Assembly (NCBI GenBank): GCA_030265395.1
Contig: JARFYF010000054.1
Span: 22,832,314 to 22,896,313 of the forward strand
Length of the DNA: 64,000 bases
Origin: Rhina ancylostomus
Taxonomy: Eukaryota
Reading direction: 5' to 3'
Shown one piece after another: positions 1 to 12,719 of the stretch (position 1 is the first letter of the stretch; every line of letters begins with the position of its first letter). The translations under genes were made by a program, and so were the position numbers. The notes beneath the pieces are model-generated. The model did not search any database. It saw only the letters and a program-made list of their open reading frames with translations, and had not been told where the DNA came from.

Positions 1-491
1 CTGTGCTGTGGACTGCTCCCTTTCTGCAGATTCCCAGCGTTACACTCTGCAGCAAAGGGCAGCTTTGGAGTGACATACTGGCATTAGCAAGGCCTAGAGA
101 CATGCTCGAGTTTGTGCAGAAATTACTTCTTATGCTGAACACGGTTTAACCCACCCTTACGACAAACCTTTCTCCTGCTCTCAATCAGCAGAGTCAAAGG
201 GAACATGAAGCCTCTCCTATTTGAAGCTTCAATGCACGAGCTGAAATCTGACTGTGACTACTGTTGACACTGTATAGCTTGTTTTTTGACATGATGCTTA
301 CAACCACAATCTGGACTATGTGATGTGCACTGAGGCCTACCTCTGAAGGCTTCATTTCATACACACTCTCTCCCTGCCTCCAACCTTCTTTCCTCTTCCC
401 TCTTAACAGACATCTGTCCCATACATCTTATCACAGTTTACTGCAGTTACACCAACATCGCCATTAACTTGATCCCAATTTACATTTGCAG

Positions 492-766
492 ATCCACTTC
501 CAATGGAAATGATGGGGTGTTGCACATTACGCTTTGAATCCCTCTCAAATGGAGTAGATCCCTGCACATGTAACACCTGGAGATGGGAGATGGGCAGTGC
601 TTCTGGTCACAGATGTGAGAGAGAGGTCCTTTTTGCCCAACAAAGCAAAAAAACAAATTACTGTCCTGCAGCAAGAACAAAATGGCAGTCACAGATGCAT
701 GCACCACTGCTGGCAGCCATTTTACTTTTGGAACTCGTACACTTTGATTTCCAAGGTAGAAAATAG
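492..766 (+). CDS. Candidate 3'-terminal coding exon of an unidentified Cys-rich, possibly GPI-anchored protein; upstream exons would lie outside the window
   Basis: A branch-point-like TTAAC (~465) and acceptor tttgcag|A (491/492) precede a phase-1 open frame xPLPMEMMGCCTLRFESLSNGVDPCTCNTWRWEMGSASGHRC...APLLAAILLLELVHFDFQGRK*. It has 6 Cys and a hydrophobic C-terminal stretch, followed by AT-rich UTR-like sequence. Family not recognised. Confidence 0.35.
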
Positions 767-2224
767 ACTCTGTTCGGCAGCATTTCCAATGCAAATAGTG
801 CATCTGTTGTAGTCTCTTAAAACATTGAAGCAACAACTGCTGAAAACTGTTTTATAATTATGGTTTAAACTTTGAAATGTAGTCACAGGTTTTCTAAAAT
901 GTATACAGGATTTAAAATTTGTGTGTTTAACATCACCATAAAAGGTCTGATGTCTCTGGACTGTTTTATAATCTGGAAATGAGCTAATTCTGCACCAGTT
1001 TCTACACCAGTCCCAGAACTCCTGTTTCATTTGCCTCGTTCTCAACACGAGGCAAACTGTAAAGCCTCTGTACAGTGACATGAGCCTAGTCACCTTGTCA
1101 CTTCATACAGCTCTGTGTCAGAGAATCTCCCTATTGTTGAAGGCTGTGATCCATTTCCTTCCTCTCTAGAATTACCTCCAGCTCACTGCCTGTTATCGGA
1201 ATATGGGATGGCTCTTCATCTGGTCTTCATGACACAAGTGAAACAACAAGAACCATTGTTAGCCCACATAACTCGAGTCTTAACTACTTGATGTTCTGAA
1301 TTCCACTGAAATACTTCTTGGGCTGAGACCTGGGTTTGTCATGATTGCTGTGGCACAAAGTGGAACTTTTGCAGAATCCCCAAAATATGTTGAAGTAAGA
1401 GATCCCTGTTATATTTTAAAATCAGTCTACACTCTGTCCAGAGATGTTCTGAAATTACCTTATGCCCTCTCCCCTTTCTGACTCGTTCTTTCCCACACCT
1501 CTAAAATGATAGAGCCCCCTAAACCTCTCCAATCTTATCTCTCCATCATTCATGCCTGAAAAGTCTGAGGTTTGCACCATATAATTGCTGCTTNNNNNNN
1601 NNNNNNNNNNNNNNNNNNNNNNNNNNNNNNNNNNNNNNNNNNNNNNNNNNNNNNNNNNNNNNNNNNNNNNNNNNNNNNNNNNNNNNNNNNNNNTTCCTGA
1701 ACCTACCTCATCATTCTTTGCTCAGTTCAGCACTAGTGCCAATACATTATGGGCCTTGGCCTTTTGCCTTGCTTTCTCAAGTGGAATAAAATGAAGGTTC
1801 CACTGGGAGTCCTGCCAAAACTCAGAGAGTAAATAATGGTCATTTCCTTATAATATTGCCCTGTTTGTTTCTTTATCTCATGAAGCTACCTCCTGCAGGA
1901 AGAAAATGGCTTTCACTTAGTGGACCAGTTGGTCTAGCTGGTGGGTGGTTCTTAGTTATTGTCTTTCACTTCTGGAAGCCAAGGGAAAGTGATGAAGGTC
2001 TCATTTTAGTGATGGCCATTAAGAGTCACAAGTATACGATGTTGACTGAAGGCTCTTTCTGCCTGGTCTCCAGTGGACAAAGTCTGGTCAGCAGCCAAAC
2101 ATTCATGAACAGAGAGCTGAAAAATAAAGTTCAACCATACAGAGAGTTGTCTGCTGGATAACGGTGGATAAACTCTTCTTATCTTCTGACATTTGATTCC
2201 GATGAGTTTCAGTGGAATTTCAAT

Positions 2225-2525
2225 GGGTGCTGAGTAGTGCAATGTTTAGATTACTGGAATAACGTCCAAAGGTCGAGACCAATTATCTGAATACATGAGA
2301 TTGAAAGGCAGTGTAACAGTTGCAAAATATAAATTCTAGGTATTAATTGAACCCTTTTTTCTAAAAACATCTGGTTCACTGACATGCGTCAGGGAGGGGA
2401 AATTTACCAGCATTAAATGTGGACAATGTGACCTTGGCCCATCAAATGCTGTTGACCCTTAACTGCACCCTCAGTATCAGAACCAATACAGGGTGGACAA
2501 TAAATGCTGACATTGCTATCAATAT
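2225..2525 (+). mobile_element. Decayed tRNA-derived SINE with L2/CR1-type 3' tail
   Basis: Contains ctggttcactgacatgcgtcagggagggg and the tail gggtggacaataaatgctgac. Related minus-strand copies lie at ~57050-57300 and ~61770-62000. Confidence 0.55.
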
Positions 2526-2551
2526 CTGCCAGACAGACAGTACCCAGATCT

Positions 2552-2992
2552 GGAACACGCGATGTGGGTCCAGACATGGAACATGCGGTGTGGACACTGA
2601 CATGGAACACACGATGTGGATCCAGGCACGGAACACGCGGTGTGGATCCAGACACAGAACACGCAGTGTGGGTCCAGACACGTAACACACAGTGTGGACA
2701 CGGACATGGAACACGTGGTGTGGATCCAGGCATGGAACACGCGGTGTGGGTCCAGACACGGAACGCGCGGTGTGGACACGGACTTGAAACACACGGTGTC
2801 GATCCAGACACGGAACACGCGGTGTGGACATGGACACGGAACATGCAGTGTGGGTCCAGACACAGAACACGCAGTGTGGGTCCAGACACAGAACACGCGG
2901 TGTGGATCCAAATAGGGAACACGTGGTATGGATTCAGACACAGAGTACAAGGTGTAGACCAAGATATGTATAGGGTGTGGATTCAGACATGG
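2552..2992. repeat. 26-bp minisatellite, about 16-17 copies
   Basis: Directly visible unit, consensus ggaacacgcggtgtggRtccagacac, decaying at the right end. It explains six overlapping ORFs in the track. Confidence 0.95.
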
Positions 2993-3204
2993 AGGTCTTA
3001 GCAACTGAATTTCTAACCCACCAGCATCTCCTCACTGTTCCAGCTGGCAATGATCATTCTCAGTGACTTGTGCTTTGGTGCCTCAGTTCAGCTTCTTCAG
3101 ACAAGTAGTCCACAGTAATTGCCAGGTGCATGCTCCTTGATTTGAGGCATTTGGCTATTCTGTTAGTCAACTTTTATCAGCTGCATCCACAGTATATTAA
3201 TGAA

Positions 3205-3450
3205 TACTACAGAAAAATACCTCAGATGCTGGAAATCTGAAGTAAAAACAGAAAATGCTTGAAACGCTCAGCAACTCAGTCGACAACTGTGGAAAGAGAA
3301 ACGATGACTTAGGNNNNNNNNNNNNNNNNNNNNNNNNNNNNNNNNNNNNNNNNNNNNNNNNNNNNNNNNNNNNNNNNNNNNNNNNNNNNNNNNNNNNNNN
3401 NNNNNNNNNNNNNTGTGGAAAGAGAAACGATGACTTAGGTCATAAATCCT
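3205..3450 (-). mobile_element. Penelope-terminus-derived short repeat interrupted by an assembly gap
   Basis: cagatgctggaaatctgaagtaaaaacagaaaatgcttgaaacgctcagc is the reverse complement of the tail of the PLE at ~28.8 kb. Confidence 0.7.
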
Positions 3451-4689
3451 TCAGCAGCCTCCTTGCTCGTGTTCTGCTTCAATCTAAATTCTGATTTTGT
3501 GATCCAGGTCTTTGTGTTTGGCCTACCGCACCTTGTCTCTGCACCCCTGTAGTTGTGGTGGTGTAAGTGACCACAGCCACTTCACAAATGCCCCCAGGAT
3601 CAGTATTAGAACAGCAACTAGAATACAGTGAAATTCCTTAGGAAAGAATGGTTTGTTCAGAGAACTACTGATTGGTGAAGGCAGAAATGTGTTACGGAGG
3701 AATTCTAGTCAGCTTCTGCTGACTAATGAGTGTCTGTTGTGTAATTTGCCCATGTATTTAGAAGGAGGCTTTTCACCATTTTGACATTTTTCCAGAATTT
3801 GTAAAAAGGTCACATTTGAGCCTCATAACACTTAAATGGCTTTAAGTTGAGTCTTTATTTTCATATTTTAACCTACAAACACAGAGGATCTGTAGTTAAT
3901 TTCTTTGATGTGTAAAGAGGAAAAGAATCTCATTATAGCCTGGAGGCACATTGCATGAAACAAAAGCATATGACCTTGTAGGCTGAACTGTCGCAATTTA
4001 ATCAAGGTTCTTCGTTGAGCTACAAGAGGCAACTTAATTCTCACAACCTTGACTGATGATGATCGCTAAAGTGGTTGTTAATTGGTGAGAATAGCTCTCG
4101 TCAATCCTGAAAAGGTCTCCTTGGAGGGATCTGCGTTTCATGTAGTGAACGTGACAGATTGTCTGCATTTCCATACTGGAACCAGCCCTCACTGTTCTCC
4201 ACATAATGCGCGTTCAGTCTCTGTGGTGGGATTCGAATTTACCCAATAAAAAATTAATTATGGGAATGTCAACAAAATATATTGCCTGTCAAAGAGTAAT
4301 GGGAGGGCAGTGGTTACTGCTGGTGAAATTGAGGAAGGCCACATGGGACAGTGCAGAAAGGTGTACAGCCTCTGGCAGCAATCCTCTGGTTCACAGGGAG
4401 TTTAACCTTGGCAAGAACTTGGGAAATTGGTTCCTTTTGAGTAATTGATAGTATTTGAATTGCAGTGCAAAGCAGGAGGAGGCAGCAAGGAATGTGAGCT
4501 TTGTGAAAAGGCAAGTGCTATGGAGCCGAGAATTTTAAATGGAATGCATCCAAGTACAACAAAGAACAGTAGTTTGAGGATCGGCTACAAACTATTCAAA
4601 GCAAACTACAGTCCATTCTGCTACGTTGGACGCTGGAGTTTGAAGTGCCTCCTAAAGAAAATGCCTTTCTATATTCTGTTGATTTTAAC

Positions 4690-5050
4690 GTTGTGCCTGG
4701 TCTGTCAGGAATCATTTACCATCAGAAATGCACCGAGCAGTAATAATGTCAGAGGCATTACAGCCTAGTAGCAGACAGCCAGGTCCTACAAACAGTGATG
4801 ACATAAATGACTGAAGCATCTGTTTTAAGAGTTAGTCAAGGGGTAGATGCCGGCCAGAACACGAGGGAGAACCTCCCTACTGCTCTCTGGGGTCTTTGAG
4901 GTCCATCTGAGAGAGCAGACGTGGTTGTGATTTAGCATCTCTTCCGAAAGGCAAGAGTGCAACATTTCCTCAGCCCGAGATTGAACTGCTTATGTCCATG
5001 TAGGGCTTAAACCTGTATGTTTTGATTCAAAGAGTGCAGCCACAGGGCCA
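4690..5050 (-). mobile_element. DeuSINE-like SINE, decayed
   Basis: Reverse complement matches the copies at 23620-24225 and 59480-59850 (ctttcggaagagatgctaaatc...gtctgctctctcagatggacctcaaagacccc). Confidence 0.65.
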
Positions 5051-5779
5051 AGGGTAAACTAAATGTACATGGTTTTCCTCATGTATCTTTACTAATATTT
5101 TTCTTGTGCAGAACATGGAATATAGCCAAGGCATAGTGTTCCTATGTTTTTGTGGGCTCAAAGCTTTTATAAAGAGAGTCACAGATCCAGCAAATATTTT
5201 ATTTTATTGTCATTCTACTATAAAGCCCTAAAGGATATTTGAAAGAGATTTCTCTTCTTGGTGTTGCTCACTTTTTTTGATCACTCCCTGAGTTTCCAGT
5301 TAAAAATGTAGGATCCCAGAATTACTTATTTAAATCTAGGTTTTTGTCCAGATCATTTTTTCTTGCACTTAAGTAAAATAATTACTTCAAGGAGTGGATA
5401 TGGGTGGAGTGTTTTTCTTTTCTTCAGTTTGCAAGGCTCTGCCATGTGACCAGGTGAGGGATTTGGCTGCGACTGAACTCAGCAGTCCTTTCTCCACCAC
5501 TGGAATTTGGCTTACCATTCCTCAGCCATCAACCAGCAGCCTCCTCTGGGAGGAACAACTGAAAATCCCCCGCCATTTCAATGACGTGTGTGCAGCCTGG
5601 GATTACAGATCTGTGCTAAGAGGAAACAGACTTGACTCCCACTCAAGTCTCTTCAAGTGATTGTTCACCGTGGTCAGCTCATTACCCCAGTTCAGTGCTT
5701 TCTTCCAGCTATGAATCTACTTTTGCTCAAAACTGTGAAAGACACAAAATAAAGACAATTGTTCAGAACCCTTTCTTTA

Positions 5780-5905
5780 AACAAAGACTTTTTTTTCACC
5801 CAGTGGTGGTCTGGAGTTTGTTGCTTGAATGGGTGGTAGAGGCAGAAATCTTCAACAGATTTGTAAAGGAGCTGGATGAGTATTTGAAGTTGAGATGTAG
5901 GAATT
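5780..5905 (+). mobile_element. CR1/HER1 LINE 3' fragment
   Basis: Translates to FFHPVVVWSLLLEWVVEAEIFNRFVKELDEYL, resembling the CR1 ORF2 C-terminus (FFTQRVV..WN.LP..VVEA....FK..LD.YL). Confidence 0.65.
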
Positions 5906-8900
5906 AGGATTAGCTAAAACCGCTCTCCTTTTGGTTGAGCTGGGCATGAGGAACCAAATACCTACATTCTGTGCCATACATTTCTGCAGTTTGATGATTG
6001 TGTAATGTGATATCATGCACGTTTCCAGAAATGCAGTAAATCTCATTCACTAATCATAGTTGAACTTATACAATTATACCTATTACAATTAAGCTGCACA
6101 AGACATTTTACCACACTATAATGGCATCATAAAAATACAAGTTGTCATCAATGTTGTTCAATCTCTGACCTTTTGGAACCCCTTTACTGTTATTCACAGT
6201 ATTTCCTTTGCCAATCAAGATAGTGAAGTATGTCTGTCCTGAACTCCAGTATGCAATAAGGTCTGTGAAGAGCTTGATTTTTTTGTGCTGATGTTCACAG
6301 CATCACTCCTTTGACAGACTGCACTTGCAAAGTGTGAGGACTGTGAACACCAGTCAAAGTGGTTTTCACACATATTCTCATGACAAAAACTTTTATTAAA
6401 ATCTCCAAGAGGCATGTAGAGTTGTGAGTCAATATGAACTGTGAAGGTAAAAGCCTAAATTGTGCAAATTCTGTTGGCCCACATTTTCCTCAATTTGAAT
6501 GTATTCAAATTGAATTTAACCAACATAGGGATCTGTTTTTTAATTAACTCGTGAATGGGAGCAGATTGTTCTTTTGGTAATGCAAAGGCCCACGATTATT
6601 CATTGTTTTAGATGTTGCCGTTGCAGAGATTATCCTGCTGTGTGCTGCTAATCATATGAGCATAATGGAAAAAAACACATCATTTTGATAATATCAGAAG
6701 CCAGGAACCTCATATGCATGAAATTCTTTAAAAATAATCAAGAAAGCTGAAAAAATGTAGCAACAATGTAATAGAAAGAGGTCTGGTAGACTTGACATGA
6801 AAAGATTGAAATGAAAAGGTGTTCCTCACAACCAACAGAAAATACATTCTTTGATCCCATATAAAGTTCTTAAGCATTATAGCTGGAAGAAGCAAGTGGA
6901 ATTCAAATCGAGATCCAAGTAGGGATCTCAGTAGATCGTTACTGTTAGGTATAAATCTCAACTTGCTTGGTATCAACAATAGGAATCAGAATTGTACGAT
7001 TAGTGGGCAATAGTTGAGTCACAACTATTACTGCAGTGCAGGATTCTGGAACCACTGAGAGTTTTACAATGATTCTTATCCAATCAGACAAAATGCAGTG
7101 GAAATCTCTAGCTTTTAACAGAATTGGACACGACGAGGGAGTAAGCTACTCCTGACTCTGTTATCGTTAAATGTACTGATATTTGCTGTTGTTTTCCATT
7201 GAATTGGAGGGGGATTGATGGATGTACAAGAGAGAATAGACTACAAGGGAGTAAGTGGGGCAGTGGGACTGATGGGAAGCCCTGAGTGCCTGCATTAACT
7301 CGAAGGGCTAAATTGTCATGTTGTGAGAAAAAATAAAATAAAATGAGATGCATATGCAATATACAACAAGAAATGGTGATTTTCCTTGTAATATACCGGA
7401 GTCACATTGGTAACAAGGAGAACGTGATCTGTAGCTTCCTCCACAATAGTCAGAAGTTGTTTCACAAGAAGGCTAACATGCACCATACTTGTGCACGGAA
7501 GGCAGCTGAGTACACTCTGATTAACCAGTCTTGTGAAAGAGACAGAGGAAACACAGGAAGGGCCTGGAAACCTACCTGACCCCAGGGAACAGTGGTTGCC
7601 AGTCTACCCTGAGGCTGCAATGGTCCTCCTAAAGAGAGAGAGGCAGTAATGAGCACCTCATTCACTCCCTAGATTCCAAACTGTCCATTTTGTTTACATC
7701 ATGAATCAGAACAATACCCTCACGCCCTTCTGTCCTCTTCAATGTCAGCCTCTTGCCTCTTCTTCCCACACTGTGGTGGTTTCCACAAGAGACCATGTAT
7801 CATCGTACCTGGCAATGGCGAGCTTCTTAATGGTGGGAATCCACCAGGGGGCCCATATTACAAAACATGAGATTCCTTATCCAAGAGAATGGTTTGTATT
7901 CCCGACAGAAGCAGCACGCAGTTGTCCAGTGCCAACTCCCATCCAACAGTGAAACCATCCTAGAGGGAGATGGAAGCCTATTCAAAATTTAGAAAATATG
8001 TCCATTGACCTGAATCTGGTATTTTTCATTTATAACCTGATTGGGAATAAGTGCAAGGATAGAATGAACCTTTACGTTGCTTTAGCTGACAACTGTCATC
8101 AATAATTACAAATTTAGTCGAGCAGTCGCAGATGACACTTTGCGTGTGGGATTGGGAGCAGGAATTCTATCCCTGTTACCATTACAGGTGGTGAAGAAAG
8201 TTGCTTATTTCAATCTTGGTGGGAATTGTCCTCAAGCATCTGATGGAAGATTGAGATTATGCATGGTTCCTTTCAAGAGGATGTAACTGCCAAAAAACCA
8301 TTAATGTTTAATAAAAAAGAAATTTTCAAATGACTGGAAATAAATCAATGGTGATAATTCAGCATTTCTGGTTTATTTCTTAATTACAATCTAGTTAAAT
8401 CAACATAATAGAAAGCTGTCATTTTTTAAATGCTAGTGCTAGTTGCAGCTTTACCCCAGAGCAAACTTGATATTTTATTCTGTTTTTAGTATTACACAAA
8501 AACCTCAAGGGAAATTAGATCATATTTATAATACTCTTTTCATTTACTGGGTTGCCATTGATCCCATTAACTTTTTGTCTAGACCTTAACAACTGGGAAT
8601 ACAAAAGAGGTCCTGGCCTGCCTGCTGTTTATTTTAAACCTTTAAGTGGCAGGGTGCAACTTGCCCTTCCAGGACAAGTGTTTAGCTATTAATCTGACAC
8701 TGGTCTATCTAAAATGTGGATGGTTCACACACTGGGAGTTTGTTGTTGGGGGAGAGACATCCATTGCCACATATGTACCTCATTGCTAGTAAAGTTGAGG
8801 CTGGAAGTCATCTTGCTAACCTTTCACTTATGGCCTCTCACCTTCAGTTTCTTGGGTCATCTACTGCATAAGCAGACTAAATACATGAAATATAAAAACT

Positions 8901-9029
8901 GGGTGATAAATTAGTCTTGAATTCCTTTTTGGAATTCTACTGATGCCGCCATTACAATTCTCTGATTCCCATCCGGTGAGTTATTTTTGTATAAATTAGA
9001 TGTGTGAATAATGGAATTAGAGATAAGAA

Positions 9030-9429
9030 CAGAAGAACTAGGAGAAGGAGTGGGCCAGGCAACACCTTGAGCTGGTTCCAGCATTCAGTGGCTGATCCTG
9101 TGCTTCAGAACCACATTCCAACCTGATCCCAGAATCGTTTGATTTTCTTAGTGTCCAAAAATCTACCAATTTCACGTGATTAAATATCCACAACTCCTTG
9201 GGTAGGAATATCCCAACAACACTCCGAATAAAGAGATTTCTCCTCATTTCAGTTTTAAGTGGCCAACTCCTTATTCCAAGATGATGCCCTGATTTCTGAA
9301 TTCTCCAGACTGAGGACACAGCCTCTCAACATCTGTCCTGTCAATCACTTTCGCAATCTTGTATGTATCATTCTTCTAACCTTCTGTGAGAATAAGCCAG
9401 TCTTATTATATCTCTTTGTAGGACAAAAC
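9030..9429 (-). mobile_element. CR1/HER1 LINE 3' fragment
   Basis: Minus-strand translation GHHLGIRSWPLKTEMRRNLFIRSVV plus the 3' UTR signature aggagaaggagtgggcca. Runs into a gap. Confidence 0.8.
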
Positions 9430-9607
9430 NNNNNNNNNNNNNNNNNNNNNNNNNNNNNNNNNNNNNNNNNNNNNNNNNNNNNNNNNNNNNNNNNNNNNNN
9501 NNNNNNNNNNNNNNNNNNNNNNNNNNNNNNNNNNNNNNNNNNNNTCACAGCTCCCTGTCACAATTGGCCTTGTATCATCAAAAGTGAATGTGCAACACAC
9601 TGTCTTT

Positions 9608-9775
9608 TCAAAGTCAAAGGTGAGTTTATTGTCACATGCACAAGTGCGTGTATGCACAGGTGCAATGAAAAACTAGCATCACAGGCACATAGCATCAGAG
9701 ACACAACATTTACAAGAAAAACAAATTAAACATTTTTACACAATATTTACAAGAAAGAGCACAATTAGAATTTAA
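9608..9775 (-). mobile_element. LINE 3' UTR fragment (Rex1/Babar-like, family tentative)
   Basis: Reverse complement of the repeat at 53780-53950 and 9900-9990, ending gacaataaactcacctttgactttga. Confidence 0.65.
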
Positions 9776-9899
9776 AAAGTTGTCTAAGATATTAATGTAG
9801 ATTGTGAATGGCCACAGCTGAATAACTTCCCAAGACCTGCAATTGTACAGAGGGGCTGTGAGTAGGTGCAGCTGATAACCAGGGGACTTGCCTCCTTCA

Positions 9900-9990
9900 C
9901 ACTGTGCCTATCATGCTGCTGCAAGTAAGTTTGTCCTTACACCTGTGCACGCATGTATTTGTGCATAAAACAATAAACTCGACTTTGAAC
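9900..9990 (+). mobile_element. Second copy of the same LINE 3' UTR, inverted relative to 9608-9775
   Basis: tgtgcctatcatgctgctgcaagtaag...acaataaactcgactttga. Confidence 0.65.
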
Positions 9991-11124
9991 ACCTTCAGAA
10001 AGGAACTTTGAAAACTTTTTTTTAAAAAACATTTTTTTTTAACACATTGTCTTTAGAAATTTCCATTTTCACATTTTGTTTCTTTAGTATTATCTTTGAA
10101 TGTGACTGTGTAGTATAAGTGGGTTAAACATTGGAGTTAATCCTCCAGTTTAAATCAAGCCTTCACTGAAGGGTTAAAAATGTCCCTAATCTGTTGGGTA
10201 CAATGTGTGAGTTGTGTCTGTGCAAACCCATTCCAGTTCCTCAGGGGCACAGGCCGATGGAACAAAACCTTCACAAACTCAGTGCCAATTTCCAATGTCT
10301 CCCAATCGAGCATCAAGTTGAATTACTGTGGAAAAAGGTGGAGACAAATAACTTTCTCCTTCATTCAGGGGATGAATTAATGATTTCTGCACTGCACAAA
10401 ATTGCAGCAACAAAATAGATAGTTTTTATTACCCGTGTAGCTTTGCTGTGTCACTGAGGAAATAGAGGGAGATGAACCGATAGTGTTTCAGGTGGGTAAA
10501 GTTTCATTAGAAATGCACTTTAAGCTTTCCAGCATTACTGCATTTTGCTTATGCATTTGCATTTGTTTTTTGACTCTGCTCACTTTTCACTTGGCTTGCT
10601 GAACTGTGCAGCCCAACAGAGTCCCACTTTTGATTTCTGATCTGCATTGAGTTCACTGCTGGTTGCCTGAAACCAAGTTCCATTTTCCATCCTTCACTTT
10701 GAAGAACAGAACATTGCAAAATAAAATTTGAAATGAATGGATCGCCTGACATTCCTTGGGCCAGTGTCTCTTCCACGTGTTGGAAAGGTGGCTTTCATTT
10801 TTAAAGGCTTCTTGTTCCCTCAAATCATGGAAGAGAGTCAATGCAGGTTTTGAAAGTGACAAACAGGGTGGACAGCAGAATTCAGTAAAATGGTTACTTG
10901 ATACCTCACAGATCATTATCAGTTACCCTTGCTGGACTTACTGTGCGAAGTGCCTGAAACCTTCCATATACTGTTTTCCCATCTCCATGACAAAGCTGGA
11001 TTTTTGGGAGTGCAGGAGAGTCAGAGCTTTCTTGCTGGACAAAAGGTGAACATACTTAAATACTGGACATTGATTCTCTCCTCTTGTTGACGTAATAACT
11101 CATTGCTGAATACATGTCCAGAGG

Positions 11125-11545
11125 AAGAAAGAAAGGGACGTATTCCTGTAGCCTCAATCAGGACATCCCAAAGTACTTGTGCAGTTTAGTTACTGCTGTA
11201 ATCTGGGAAATGCAGCAGTCAGTTTAGGCAAGGAAAGCTCCTACAACAGCAATGTAGTAATGAGAAGGTAGTCTTTTTTCATTGATGTTTGCTGAACAAT
11301 GAACATTAGCCAGGATTCTGGAGATAGTTCCTCTGCTTTTCATAGAAGTAATGCTACAACACTAGTTACATACGCTTAAGTGGGCACGTGGGCCTTGGTT
11401 TAATGCAGCTCCTCTGTCGGTGCAGCAGCCATTCAGTACTACAGTGTAGTGTTAGCCTAGAATCTTATGCTTGGGTTTCCAGACTGGGATTGGAACCTAC
11501 AAACTTCTGACATGGAGGTAAAAGGATTAATATCTGAACCACAAA
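11125..11545 (-). mobile_element. DeuSINE-like SINE, near full length, decayed
   Basis: tRNA-like head on the minus strand (gtaggttccaatcccagtc, B-box-like), a Deu-type body and the tail actttgggatgtcctga. Confidence 0.7.
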
Positions 11546-11799
11546 GATACCTAATGCTCCTTAGTTGTTCATCCAGTTGCATCAATTATAGCGATTATCA
11601 GCATGCTGGGGATAAAAAAAATGACACAACATTGTGAACACCGGTGCTGCACTTAATCTGCAGGCATCAATTTACACAAGGAGCTCTAGCTGATTTTTGC
11701 ATCAGATGATTCATAACGGATCAGAAATCAGAACTGGGAGCTTGTTGGACTGCATAGTTCAATGAACCACTGGAAAAGTGATTAGAGTCAGAAATAAAT

Positions 11800-11940
11800 A
11801 CAAAATCAAATCCTGCTGAAATAAACACAGACAATGCTTTTAAAATGAAAAGTCAATGCCCTAAATGTCAATATTGTTTCTGTCCTCATAGATGTTGCCT
11901 GACATGCTGAGTATTTACAGCATTTTCTGTTTTTATTTGA
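11800..11940 (+). mobile_element. Penelope-terminus-derived short repeat with partial inverted arm
   Basis: catagatgttgcctgacatgctgagtatttacagcattttctgtttttatt, preceded by the inverted gaaataaacacagacaatgct. Confidence 0.7.
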
Positions 11941-12719
11941 GACAGATGCGTGCTATATGTAAATGCATGATGTCATTGCATAGAATATTTGATCATGTGT
12001 ATCACTTTGTGCGTGTGGACAGTCTGAGATGAACCTTGAATAAACCACAAACACCTTTCTGAGCTCTCTTGTGTTTCCCACAGATTACTCGGCACACTGC
12101 ATGTTACTCTGCTGGAGACCGGCGACCCACAGGGATCTATACATTACAAAATGTGCAGATGTTTTGTGATAAATTTGTGTCTACGACTCCTGCGCAAGTT
12201 AATGCTCAGGGCTGTAATACTCTCAAAACATCGGTGATCTAAATTACATGCACATTTCAAATACTATGAAAAGAAATCACATGGAGCTGTTACATCAAAC
12301 TGGTATCAAATAGCTTGATACTATTGTATTGGAAGCAGGACAAACCCTTTCACTAATGGCAGAACAGGACCCAGCTGTTTGATGGATCAGCTTTGGTCTT
12401 ATGATAAAGCTGAATTTCTTTGTCATATTAAACCTAGACTTTAGGAATGAATGTCCATTAATCTGGGTATGACTGTTGTTTTCCCTCAACGTACTTCCAG
12501 TACAAATTAGATATTGTGCAGCATTTTTCCTTAGATGGCAGGACTTGCTATAAAGTACTTGAGAGCATCAACATCTGAAAGGCAAAATGATTATCCAGAA
12601 AATTATCAACATATTCAAAGACTTTTTTTGCCATAGATCCACCAGCGTGTAATGTTTTGGACTTTCAAGGTTGTAAACGTCAGGGAAATAGTTTAACAAT
12701 GAGGTGGGAGATCTGAATG

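Noticed and set aside
2413-3004. Six overlapping His/Cys-rich ORFs resembling zinc-finger or keratin-associated proteins; the regular repeat also resembles a CRISPR array
   Set aside because: All arise from the stop-free 26-bp minisatellite. The units are contiguous with no unique spacers, and the DNA is eukaryotic.
3288-3439. 26-bp direct repeat (tgtggaaagagaaacgatgacttagg) flanking an N-run
   Set aside because: Identical sequence on both sides of a 100-N placeholder gap indicates contig-end overlap, an assembly artefact.
6215-6415. ORF starting MPLGDFN, resembling the APE endonuclease GDFN motif
   Set aside because: No other endonuclease motifs follow; most likely chance.
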